This document shows, one piece after another, positions 14,867 through 26,345 of a stretch of 64,000 nucleotides of DNA. Source of the DNA: Eledone cirrhosa (Eukaryota); the NCBI GenBank assembly GCA_964016885.1, contig OZ024744.1, positions 63,736,001 to 63,800,000 on the forward strand, given 5' to 3'. The notes beneath the pieces are model-generated. The model searched no databases. It was not told the origin of the DNA and saw only the letters and a program-made list of their open reading frames with translations. The translations under genes and the position numbers were made by a program. Within the stretch, counting starts at the first letter, position 1; each line of letters starts with the position of its first letter.

Positions 14867-14867
<1 letters not shown>
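14717..14867. repeat. 150-bp palindrome made of two divergently oriented HHR copies
   Basis: Arms are reverse complements; minus-strand HHR 14751-14792 (CTGAGGA...GAAACAATTGTT) and plus-strand copy 14797-14834 (CTAATGA, mutated); third copy at 47340-47405. Confidence 0.8.
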
Positions 14868-14909
<42 letters not shown>

Positions 14910-15107
14910 GGGGTGAGAGGGAGAGAGAGGGAGATAGAGAGAAAGAGGGAGAGACAGAGAGAGTAAGAAATGTGTGTGTGTGTGTTTGGTACACGTCTAT
15001 CTATCTATCTCTCCAACAGGGGGCTCAAACATGCGGCCCGCGAACTACTTTTCTATGGCCCGTGGTAGAACCAATATTTCATATTCCATTATAACTGGTG
15101 AAAATAA

Positions 15108-15325
15108 GGCAGTGAGCTGGTGGAATCGTTAGCTCATCTGGCGAAATGCTTAGCGGTACTTCTTCCGTTTTTACGTTCCGAGTTCAAATTCCGCTGATCT
15201 CAACTTTGCCTTTCCTCTTTTGGGGGTCGATAAATTAAGTACCAGTTGGGAACTGGGATCGATGTAATCGACGGGACCCTAAACCCTAAATTTCATGCCT
15301 TGTGCCTATGGTAGAAATGATTATA
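15108..15325 (+). mobile_element. tRNA-derived SINE (octopus-type)
   Basis: ggcagtgagctgg A-box-like start, gagttcaaattcc B box, conserved actttgcctttc...taagtaccag core. Confidence 0.8.
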
Positions 15326-15850
15326 ACTGGTGAAAAGCATCATCCACCACCACGTTTGGCCCACTGTGCTTCTCCTCCAGTACGTAATGGCCCTTTTGTG
15401 TCCTTGAGTTTGAGACCCCTCTTCTACACACACACACACACACATATATATTTTACTTTTTTTCTGTCTCTGGACTACGCCCATGCTGGAGCATCACCTT
15501 GTTAAGTTATGGGACGTCAACAAACGCATTAGTGGGAGCGCAAACACAAATGCAAAGACACACACAGACATATATACATATATACGACGCGCTTTTTTAA
15601 GTTTCGGTCTATCAAATCCACTCACAGGGCTTTGGTCGGCCCAGGCAGTGGGACTGAACCCGAAAACATGTGGTTGGGAAGCATATATATATATATTTCG
15701 TTGACAAATATATCAATATGCCCAGACATGCAGATATATTGCCCTTGGTATGACAGTGTGGTTTTAGCTCAGTGTAGGATAACTAGTATACTACAGAGTC
15801 GTTATAGTTATAGGAATAACCAAAGAGTGCTTAGAAATACATTGTTTTAT

Positions 15851-15899
15851 TAGCTAACAGTGTTTCATCCATACACCATGGCAGGAATCATCAGAGCCT
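15851..15899 (-). ncRNA. Type I hammerhead ribozyme motif
   Basis: GGCT-CTGATGA-tTCC...GGAt-GAA-AC act GT-T-AGCT. Confidence 0.7.
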
Positions 15900-16245
15900 A
15901 TAAACAAGAGTATATCAGTAGTTGCATGTTCCATCGAGCTGCGTCACCAGAACAAGGTTAAAGGACAGCAGGGGGGTTCCGAGGCCAGCGCTATATGGAA
16001 AAAGACAGAATACATGATGCACATAATGTCATAAAATGTCTTAAAAATTACACCAAAAATTTATCACTTAAATGGTGCAATTCACCTGATACATTGGATT
16101 GAGCGACCGAACGTGAGGATTTTGGGGGAATGCTAGTGTCTGCGAACCTGGCGTGTTTTTAATTTCCTCACATCTGTGCCGGCTGTATATGTACCATACA
16201 TTTCTTTAACTCGTCGTACTTTCTTTTATTTTTTATTTTAGATTT

Positions 16246-16294
<49 letters not shown>

Positions 16295-16301
16295 ATAATA
16301 C

Positions 16302-16421
16302 ATAGTGAAAGAGTGAAGAATAACATGGTCAACAGTACAAAAAAGGGTTTTATTTACAGTATTACTGTAAATAAAACCCTTTTTGTACTGTTGACCATGT
16401 TATTCTTCACTCTTTCACTAT
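16302..16421. repeat. Near-perfect 120-bp palindrome
   Basis: ~59-bp arms centred at 16362 (cagta t tactg), one indel in an A/T run. Confidence 0.9.
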
Positions 16422-16668
16422 TATTACTCCAAGATTAACTTACATAGGAACTCCCGAGAACTCACAAACTCGCTACCTAAGGAAACCTTTTGTTGAGTCA
16501 AACAACGCCGTACGCTAAAACTATCCACAATACAGAGTATTCACAACCTCTTACTGGATTACCTATAACGATAATTTGTTTTCCATATATATATATATAT
16601 ATATATATATAAACGGATAAAATGAAACGAAATTTCATTTCCCACTCTTAGTACGGCTGTTACTTAAA

Positions 16669-16944
16669 TATAAGTATGTACACGTACATACATATATGTA
16701 TACAGACGTACAGTAGTATGTATATATATATATACATACATGCTCACATATATATATGTACGTATGGATTCACCGAACATTTATTATAATGGCTTAATAC
16801 GGGATGTTTGTTTACAAACACACCGAGCATTATAATAAATGTTCGGTGAATCCATACGTACATATATATATATGTGTGCATGTATGTATATATATATACA
16901 TACTACTGTAGGTCTGTATACATATATGTATGTACGTGTACATA

Positions 16945-16950
<6 letters not shown>
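16669..16950. repeat. Inverted repeat cassette, internally shorter relative of 33908-34500
   Basis: Arms 16669-16791 and 16828-16950; same leader (aaacgga.aaaatgaaacgaaatttcatttcccactcttagta) at 16611, 33851 and 40292. Confidence 0.85.
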
Positions 16951-16980
<30 letters not shown>

Positions 16981-17168
16981 TAATTTAATATATCAACTAA
17001 CAGAAGCGCACAGATGCACGTCCATGCCAGCAAATACACAGGTTATGTCATAGTACCTAGGTGGTTCAATGCAGGAGGATGCAGAACAATAATATAAAAG
17101 ACGTAAAATAAGAAAACATTTTTTTTTTAAATTTAAAAAAAATTTTTTACTTACTTACTTAAATTTTC

Positions 17169-17250
17169 ACTCCAACTAATTAGTTTCTGCAATGGGATAA
17201 AGACAGTTACGTAATCCAACTGTCGAGAATTCATTGCGTCATCAGGGAGT
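17169..17250 (-). ncRNA. Type I hammerhead ribozyme motif, extended stem II
   Basis: ACTCC-CTGATGA-c-GCAATG...GACAGTT/AACTGTC hairpin...CATTGC-a-GAA-ACTAATTAGT-T-GGAGT. Confidence 0.82.
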
Positions 17251-17983
17251 CTATTCTCAGCTAAGTCTCCAGGCAATGCGCAGACACTGGCGGCTCATAT
17301 AAAAATAATAATAATTCGGTAGATAGAACAGCTGGCGAGGACTGGATTCCATGTACTGAAATCCTCACTGCTTCTAGTCATATGGCCGATTCTAAAGAAT
17401 CAATCACGTGACACAGAGGCTAGTTAGAAGGAATGGGATGGTAAGATGACTGACGCCTACTAACACCCCCAAAAATTTAGAAGTGGTTTTGGCAGGTTTG
17501 CTCGACAAATCAGTGATTTGGAGATAAATGTATGCATGTATGTATGTATGTATGTATGTATGTATGTATGTATGTATGTATGTATGTATGTATGTATGTA
17601 TGTATGTGTGCATGTGTGTGTATGATTGTATGTATGTTTATGTATACACCCACACCTTTCATCACCATTGCTTCTTTTTCTTGTTGTTCTTGTAACTGTT
17701 GTAAAAGTTGACGTTGTTCTTATTTTCATTTTCTTTGATTTCTTCCGTTTTTCTTTTATCTCCCTAGGGAATTCGTTGACAAGCTTCTTTTATTTATTTT
17801 CTTTGTTTTCTTCATTCAATTACACTGGCTGTCTCAGAGACATACAACTATGGCTTATAAAACTTACCTAAGTAAATAGCCTTCCAGTGCCCCCTAGCGC
17901 CCCCCAAAGCTTCACCCCCCAACTCCCCCTTGTTCCAAAACGCGCCTCTGGAGCTCAAAAACGTCCAAAGTTGAGAACCTTTG

Positions 17984-19100
17984 CTCTATATCAAAGAATA
18001 ACTTAGGTATATTAGAAGCAACTTAAATACCGAATGGAGGAGGATTATACCAAATACATATTTTACTTCTTAATTTGTGCCTTACCTTATAATTACATGC
18101 TTTAATTCGTGTATCATCTACATTACTAACAACTTCATCAATTAAATTTGGTTTAAAGTTGTCATTTTTAAGTTGTCAGTTTTAGACGTATCATTCTTAT
18201 TTTTAATTTTCTTCCTATTATTATAAAAACCATATGTAGGTTTATTGCCATTCTTTGGAGATCATCATCATCATCATCATCATCATCACTGTTTTAGGTC
18301 CATTCTTCCACGCTAGCATGGGTTAGACGGGTTGTCCTGTTGTGGACAATGCCAAGTCAGGTGACCTTGTCTTGCTCATTACAGTGTGGGCTGGGTGCTC
18401 TTTTGTCGTGACACCTCCACGATCACTTTGCAGTAGGAGGGGGTTGGGGGCATATTGTCTATATGCTTCAGCTTTGGCTTGTTCCTGTGGGAGGTCATAT
18501 CTTCTGTATTACTACGTGACGCCAGAGATCACGGTCCTGTATCATCGCCTTTGAGAGGTTTAATTGGGCAAGGTCCGCTTTTATCACCTCATCCCAGGTC
18601 TTCTTGGGTCTTCCCACACCATGGCTTCCATCGACTTTTAGAAATGTACATTTAAAAGTATAGACCTTATTATAAGATATTTTATCAGTAGTGTTATATT
18701 TTATTTTTTCATTGTACCCTTATCTATGTAAGGCCTCATTATAGTAATTAGTATTCTGATTAAAAATATCAATATTTGCTGAAAGAGAACTTATTATATT
18801 ACAAATGTTATTAATTATTGTATTCATAATAGATTTAGGGTGGTTGAAGTATTTATTTACATAAAAGGTTTATGGTATGGCTGGAAGGAATGATCCTTTT
18901 GGTCTAAACTGACATCTAATTATTATCAATTGTAACTGTTAAATATTCTTTAGATATTTCCTAACTCTTTCTAAAGCTGATTTAGAATAATTTTCAAAGG
19001 TAAAGAGAGTATCATTGTGGTATAATCCTCCCCCAATAGCAGAAAATTAGCCTTAAGTTTATCTAGAATAAATAATCCAACCAAATTAGTTACTTTTATA
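17984..19100 (-). pseudogene. Penelope-like element RT/thumb remnant (5' part of the interrupted element), with an RTE-3'-end insertion at ~18263-18650
   Basis: GGLYHND (degenerate GLYRDD) near 19030; WYNPPPFG near 18040. Confidence 0.65.
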
Positions 19101-19529
19101 TGTAATCATCATCATCATCGTTTAACATCTATCTTCCACACGAGCATGAGTTAGACAGGTTTCTCCCATTTGAGGCAAGTTGGGTTGGGTGACTGTGTCT
19201 CACTCAAATGGGACTGATTCTGGCTAGTTTTCAATGGCTGGATTCCCTTCCTAACGCCAACATTTGCAGTGTGTGTTGGGTGCTTTTTGTTGTGACACCC
19301 ACACGACCACTTTACACTGTGGGCTGGATGTTTTGTGGTACCAACATAACTTTACAGAGTAAGGGTGGTATGGGCGGAAGTGGAAGGGGGGTGCACGGGG
19401 TGTCGGGTGTATATTGGATTAAAAGGTGGTTACTGAGTGTAAGTTTAAGTCATACATATAAATATATATGTATGAGTCTGGAATTTGCTGTCAAAACAGC
19501 AAGAACTTAGCTGTCTGGCCCTGACACTC

Positions 19530-19564
<35 letters not shown>

Positions 19565-19682
19565 GCATGACCTGCCATTACTCTATTTGGCGGGCCATCC
19601 CTGAATCAAAAGCAGTCTTCTATTTTCTATTTTGTTTGTGTTTGCCAAAATCCTGTTCCCTTATATAACTAATTCTGCAATT

Positions 19683-19758
19683 AACACCTGATGAAATCAC
19701 CTGGATCTTGCATCATATTCAGATGATGAATCTGGATTATTGAAATATGTATAGTGTT
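19683..19758 (+). ncRNA. Type I hammerhead ribozyme motif
   Basis: AACAC-CTGATGA-AATC...GATT-att-GAA-ATATGTAT-A-GTGTT. Confidence 0.7.
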
Positions 19759-19962
19759 TTCATGGAATTAAAATCCTAAAGAAAGTTTCGAGCTTGGCCT
19801 TCTCTTGTTTTTAATTAATATTTCACTCCGTTCCTGCACCAACCATTGGATACCACATCTACGATGGATGATCTGCATAATGTTGAGTACTTTGATTTAT
19901 GGCAACATCATTTACTAACTAGAATAAACCAGTTCCACCCTTTGGTAAATAACGTAACATAA

Positions 19963-20170
19963 ATGATATATATAAGGATAGACCAACACTGGGGGAAACT
20001 AAAAGGACGAAAAAACGGGTCAGTACTATACGAACATGCCAGACAACAACATGACGGTAACATAGACAACATAGAAATTAGAATAATATCTAAACATAGA
20101 AATGACCCAGCAGATAGGCAAATCAGAGAGGCCAGTGAAATAGAAATTAGAAGACACATTAGTCACCCAA
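19963..20170 (+). pseudogene. PLE GIY-YIG C-terminal fragment
   Basis: RIDQH...SVLYEHARQQH...IRIISKH...DRQIREASEI resembles the R..EH...S.L..H...R.I.EA..I end of PLE endonucleases; followed by an HHR. Confidence 0.7.
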
Positions 20171-20335
20171 TCACGAACACACATCACACATCAAACAAAA
20201 CACTATACACACACGCAAACGCATGCGCAAAGAAGACAAAATAAAATAAACAAACAAGCAAATAAATAAATAAATATATAGACAGACTGAATAAAAATGG
20301 CGTAGCCATACAATTCAACAGGAGGAAACAATAGA

Positions 20336-20377
20336 ACCACTGACGATGTTGCAGATGTGCAACGAAAGATTTATGAT
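20336..20377 (+). ncRNA. Minimal hammerhead ribozyme motif in a PLE 3' region
   Basis: ca-CTGACGA-t-GTTGCA gatg TGCAAC-GAA-AGATTT-A-tg; weak stem I. Confidence 0.65.
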
Positions 20378-20578
20378 AAACTATATATATGTGTTCGTGT
20401 CTATATTGTATCTGTATTATTTTTGACCGTCGGTCAGTCAATGGTAACATTGAGGACCGAGTAAGTTAGATTACTGATATAAAAGACACAGAAGCGAGAA
20501 GCGAAAACCAACCAAACAGTGAGTGTGTTCCGTTATTAATTCTGGCAATATTACACAAATATGACCCTCCCCAAGTAT

Positions 20579-20657
<79 letters not shown>

Positions 20658-20759
20658 ATAGTAATGAATGACTATCTTTTACTATTTGGGGTTTGTATAT
20701 GAAAAATATATAACCATAAAAGGTTTTATTATATACATAACCATAAATAGTATCCTTAA

Positions 20760-20800
<41 letters not shown>

Positions 20801-20842
20801 GAGAGTAAAACAAAAAATCCTTTAATACATCAAAAGTTTTTA

Positions 20843-20887
20843 TTAGCCGACAATGTTTCGTCCTATTAAGGACTCATCAGGGCAATC
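20843..20887 (-). ncRNA. Minimal type I hammerhead ribozyme, canonical core
   Basis: attGCC-CTGATGA-GTCC ttaata GGAC-GAA-AC att GT-C-GGCtaat; GUC site, predicted cut between 20849 and 20848. Confidence 0.88.
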
Positions 20888-21619
20888 AAAACAACAAGAA
20901 GTAATATCGGCAGATACAAGCCGGAAACTCTGAAGAATATGGAGTGTGCATACACTAAAGTCTTACAAAAATATATGATAATAAAAATGATAATAAAAAT
21001 GAAAATAAAAATAAAAATAATAAAAATATATAATAATAAGAATAACTAAGGATGTAGATAACATTAAGAACCATATTACAAATATAGTCCAAAGCAACTA
21101 ACCTAAATTTAAACAAATTTGGTTATATAGAGCAGGAATTATATATAACACAATGCAATAAACATAATACATTATAATAATATACCTTTACCAACATTAA
21201 AATTACAGATTAAAAATCAAAAGGTACAATATATACATGTATATATGTGCGCACACACACACACACACATATATAACAATACACCCATCTATGATCAACT
21301 ACACAAATTAAGCCCTATTAGAAGTTTGAATATAAAAATAAGCATGATAAGAGTGAAAATAATACCAATACATCTACCCAATATACATGAGGCAATAATA
21401 TGATATAATTACAAGAGACACATATAATAAATAATAAACAATAAAATTATATAATTCAATATAATATAATAAAATAGATAATCCCCGGTTAATTTACAGA
21501 AACAATATAGATGTCACAATAAAATACAATGATAATACGTAAACAGTGTACTAACATTTACCATAAACAATGTATACAAATCGATTCATACTGGGTTACA
21601 GTTTATTATTTATTATATA

Positions 21620-24036
21620 TGTCTACGATGGCGGAAGTTGCTCTTTCACATTCACCTGCCAGCCTAAGAAATTTATTTGCGGTACTTTTGCACTCGTGCA
21701 ACTTATCTGATCCTCTGTCCTTGTGGGTGAAATATAGAGATGAACTAACAGACGACTACAGACACCAAGCACAATTGCTGCTTCCAGAAATAGAGGTCGG
21801 CTTTAGTAATGAATTATACAACAGAGCTCTCATTGATATTGAGGACAAGTTAGCTCTGATTGGAGGAAAGGTTTTACGTGACTACGGTTTACCAGAAACT
21901 CATCGCACAGACTCAAACAAACTTCCCACAGATATCATACAGGAGACTTCTTATGACATCCATGATCTCGGCCTCTACGTCACAGATAATGAGCCAAAAC
22001 TTCTAGCTGATCAGCGACTGGCTTATACCACCATTACTGAATTGGTATTTCAAAGAAGAGGTAGCATATTTTTCCTCGGTGCTCCAGGGGGGACAGGAAA
22101 AACTTTCGTTACTAAACTTCTTGCAAAGGTTAGACAGAATAAGGACATAACAATAGCAGTTGCGTCCTCTGGAATCGCAGCAACTTTGCTCCCTGGTTGA
22201 AGGACGGCACATTCAGTTTTTAAATTGCCCCTTGATTTGGCAAAATTGGAAATTCCTACTTGTCATATCACCAAAGACTCCGAAAGGGCTCATCTGCTGC
22301 GAAGGTGTCACCTTATTGTTTGGGATGAGTGCACAATGGCGCACAAAGGTGCTCTTGAGGCACAAGACAGGTCTTTGCAAGACATACGGGATTGCAGTGA
22401 TGTTATGGAGGCGGGGGGGGGGGGGTCACCCTTCTGCTATCAGTAGACTTCAGACAGACTCTTCCTATAATACCGAAAGGAACAAGAGCAGATGCGGTAA
22501 ATGCATGTCTTAAGTCTTCACCATTGTGGCGACAAGTGACATCATTAAGACTAACTACCAACATGCGTGCAAGGTTGCATGGGGACCCTCTGTCATCAAC
22601 ATTTTCTGGAGACATTCTTACAATAGGAGATGGTAACCTACCTCCGGATACAGATGGACACAGCAATTGATCACATCTGCAATGTAGTTGAAACTGTCGG
22701 TGATCTCAAGGCGAGTGTATTCCCGAACTTGCGTGATAACTATACGAATCTTGATTGGCTATGCGAAAGAGCCATTCTTGCACCAAAAAATATCACGGTT
22801 AGCTGTATTAACGATCAGCTTCTTCAGCTTCTTCCTGGATGTCCACGGATATATAAATCTATTGATACTGTATGCGATCCACAGGATACGGTCAATCATC
22901 CAGTTGAATTTCTATATTCTTTAAATCCTCCCGGTTTACCCCTTAATACATTGGTTCTGAAAGAGGGAACGCCAATTATTTTGCTGAGAAATATCACCCC
23001 TCCAATGGTACACGCCTTATGGTTAAAAAACTGTCTCCCCTTAGTATTGACGCTACCATTCTATTCGGATGTGGAAAAGGCGAGGATGTGATAATAACAA
23101 AATTTAGCCTGACTACATCGGGCGTGGATACTCCCTTCTCCTTTAGCCGAACCCAATTTCCCCTTCGTGTTGCCTTTGCGATGTCGCAAGGTCAAACTCT
23201 GTCCGTCGCTGGAATTCACTTGGATGAACCTTGCTTTTCGCACGGACAATTCTACGTTGCCTGCTCACGAGTTGGCAGTCGAGATAATCTCTTTGCGTTT
23301 GTTCCGAAAAGAAAAACAAAGAATATCGTCTATCCTGAAGTGCTTTAGTGTTAACAAAAAAACTTATTACAGCTCTGCCTTGACTTCACCTTACTCATTA
23401 CAAAACATACCAATGAATATGTCATGCAGGATATTTGGGGTTATAAGTTCAAAATTTAACCACACACAGCAAAGGATGCTCTCAAAGATTAGATTTTCTC
23501 TTATTCTACTCTCACTGTTTTTTTGTTTGTATACAACTCTGCTTTCATTACAACTTTTTGTACTTTAGCAAAACTGCCTGTTTTTTTTACAGATTTGCAA
23601 CGTGTATTGTCTTTAATCATTTGTATAATTACATCCTGTTCAGTGTTTTCCTTCATTATCAGCATAGTTTTATGTGTACAAAGATTGCACTAAATATTCG
23701 TTTGCATTATTTATTGAAGACTGAGGGCGGTGAATTGGCAGTATCGGTAGAGGGTCGGACGCCATGCTTTGACGCATAGAGTTACGGCCCTTGCCATTCT
23801 GAGTTCAAATCCCGCCGAGGTTAACTTTACCTTTCATCCTTACGGGGTTTATAAAATAAAGTACCAGTAATACACTGGGCAATTGCTGGCCTTGTGCCAA
23901 AAGTAGAAACAATTATTTATTGAAGACTTCTGCTTATTTTGACAGGTTGGGGACAAATAATGTTCTTCTTTTACTTCCTAGTTGTATATTCTTAGCATAA
24001 TTTCAAACCCCGAGCAACGCCGGGTAAATCTGCTAG
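21620..24036 (+). mobile_element. Helitron, 5'-truncated, Pif1-like helicase pseudogene
   Basis: APGGTGKTF, AVASSGIAATLLPG, LIVWDECTM, ERAILAPKN, QGQTL, FSHGQFYVACSRVG, TKNIVYPEVL across frameshifted ORFs; 3' hairpin CCCGAGCAACGCCGGG then CTAG|T at 24033-24037; SINE nested at 23723-23915. Confidence 0.93.
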
Positions 24037-24507
24037 TATATATAATAGTAAGGAGAGAAATACACATAAATATATGTCTTCAATTATAGGGGATAAAAAG
24101 CCACCAGGGTGATGAATATAATAACTACATATGGAACAATGAATACAAATTAATTAAAACAATAAATCAAAGTGTACAAACTGACCATTATAACAATAAA
24201 CATCCAGGCACGTTCATGAAATACAAGAAGCATAACACAAAACAACATGAAAAGAAAAAAACAATTGAGAAATAGTGATTTCAACAATTTGGGAGATGGG
24301 GAAAGTCGATAAAATCGACACCAGTGCATTACTGGTACTTTAGTTTATCGACCCCGTAAGGATGAAAGGTAAAACTAACCACGGCAGGATTTGAACTCAG
24401 AATGTAACTCTATGCTTCAAAGCATGGTGACCGACGCTCTACTAATACTGCCAATCCAATAATAGAGAAAGTTTATTAAGTATTGTTGTAGAAATTGGTA
24501 GTGAAAA

Positions 24508-24697
24508 TAATTGTTTCTACTTTTGGCACAAGGCCAGCTATTATCCCAGTGCATTACTGGTACTTTATTTTATCGACCCTGTAAGGATGAAAGGCAAAGT
24601 TAACCTCGGCGGGATTTCAACTCAGACCGTAAAAGGCAGTAACTCTATGCTTCAAAGCATGGTGTCGGACCCTCTACGAATACTGCCAATCCACTGC
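24508..24697 (-). mobile_element. tRNA-derived SINE family (multi-copy)
   Basis: Other approximate copies: 23723-23915(+), 24315-24460(-), 26575-26700(-), 26714-26820(+), 28144-28285(+), 29697-29887(+), 30025-30150(-), 30678-30861(-), 31441-31610(-), 39158-39325(-), 46841-47031(+), 47708-47895(-), 49231-49348(+), 49361-49559(+), 51788-51968(+); share B box gagttcaaatccc and core ctttgcctttcatccttacggggtcgataaaataaagtaccag. Confidence 0.88.
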
Positions 24698-24742
24698 GAA
24701 GATAATGATGATGTTGTTGTTATTGCTATTTATTGTTGGTTG

Positions 24743-24784
24743 TAGGGTTAGGGTTAGGGTTAGGGTTATGGTTAGGGTTAGGGT
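24743..24784 (+). repeat. Interstitial (TTAGGG)n telomere-like repeat
   Basis: About 7 units, one variant TTATGG. Confidence 0.85.
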
Positions 24785-25045
24785 GGAGGTAGTTTCATTA
24801 CTCTGTAAATAATAGAACCTTTCTATTATTTACATTCTATTATTTACATATACTTACATTCCTAGAGAATAGAGAAATAGGGTAAATATGGTGATTACAT
24901 ATGTCCTTTTTAGTGTGTGCCGTTTATATATATATATATAACGAAGGAGATGTGGTAAGGAACCAGATGGACCATAACGCACCAAAGTACTCAATACTTA
25001 GGGTAGTAGAGTGGGTAATAGGAACACACACTTACATGGACTCTG

Positions 25046-25135
<90 letters not shown>

Positions 25136-25417
25136 ACACAGACGCACACATGGTTGCATACACAACCACATACCTACATACAATCATACATACATGCATA
25201 CATACATACATACATACATAAACACACACATACATACATTCATACATATGTGCATACATACATACGTACGTACATATACATATGTGCATACATACATACG
25301 TACGTACATATACATATGTGCATACATACATACACACATACAAATATATATACATCTCTGTTTCATATACATCTACAGTGCACCATATGTGCATAACAAA
25401 TTGAATCTTGTGTGCAA

Positions 25418-25457
25418 ACTACTACTACTACTACCGCCACGACTAGTACTACTGCTG

Positions 25458-25497
<40 letters not shown>

Positions 25498-25526
25498 CAC
25501 TACCGCCACGACTAGTACTACTGCTG

Positions 25527-25576
<50 letters not shown>

Positions 25577-25780
25577 TCTACTACTACCACCACCTCTACT
25601 ACTACCACCACCTCTACTACTACCACCACTACTACTACCACCACCTCCACTACTACCACCACTACTACTACCACCACCACCACCACTACTACCACCATCT
25701 CTACTACTACCACCACTACTACTACCACCACTACTACTACCACCACTACCACCACCACCATGACCACCACCAGCACCACC

Positions 25781-25834
<54 letters not shown>

Positions 25835-25856
25835 GCTGTTGCTGTTGCTGCTGCTG

Positions 25857-25893
<37 letters not shown>

Positions 25894-26345
25894 CACTACC
25901 ACTACCACTACCACTACTATTACTACTAACATTAATAGTAGTAGTAGCAGCAGCAGTAGTTCAATTTCTTTTATAAGTAGTAGTAGTAGTGGTGGTGGTG
26001 GTAGTGGTAGTAGTAGTAGTAGTAGTTGTGGTGGTGGTTGTAGTAGTAGCAGCAGCGGTGGTGGTAGTAGTAGTGGTTGTGGTGGTAGTAGTAGTGGTAG
26101 TGGTGGTAGTGGTAGTGGTAGTGGTAGTAGTAGTAGTTGTGGTGGTGGTTGTAGTAGTAGTAGCAGTGGTGGTGGTAGTAGTAGTAGTGGTAGTAGTAGT
26201 AGTAGTGGTGGTGGTGGTGGTGGTGGTGGTAGTAGTAGTAGCAGCAGCAGCAACAACAGCAATAGCAACAGCATCAGTAGTAGTAGTAGCAGCAATTTTG
26301 CTCCTCCTCCTCCTACTACTACTACTCGTGCTGCTGTTGTTGTTA
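25418..26345. repeat. Compound trinucleotide tract, (CTA/CCA)n switching to (TAG/TGG)n
   Basis: Direct reading; strand switch near 25930. Confidence 0.9.

Larger units (their letters stand above)
13783..17983. mobile_element. hAT-type DNA transposon carrying nested insertions
   Basis: TIRs CAACGGTTCTCAAC / GTTGAGAACCTTTG (13/14 match), 8-bp TSD CTCTATAT at 13775-13782 and 17984-17991; removing it rejoins the PLE reading ...PKLFF-DIE-DKNFP. Confidence 0.85.
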
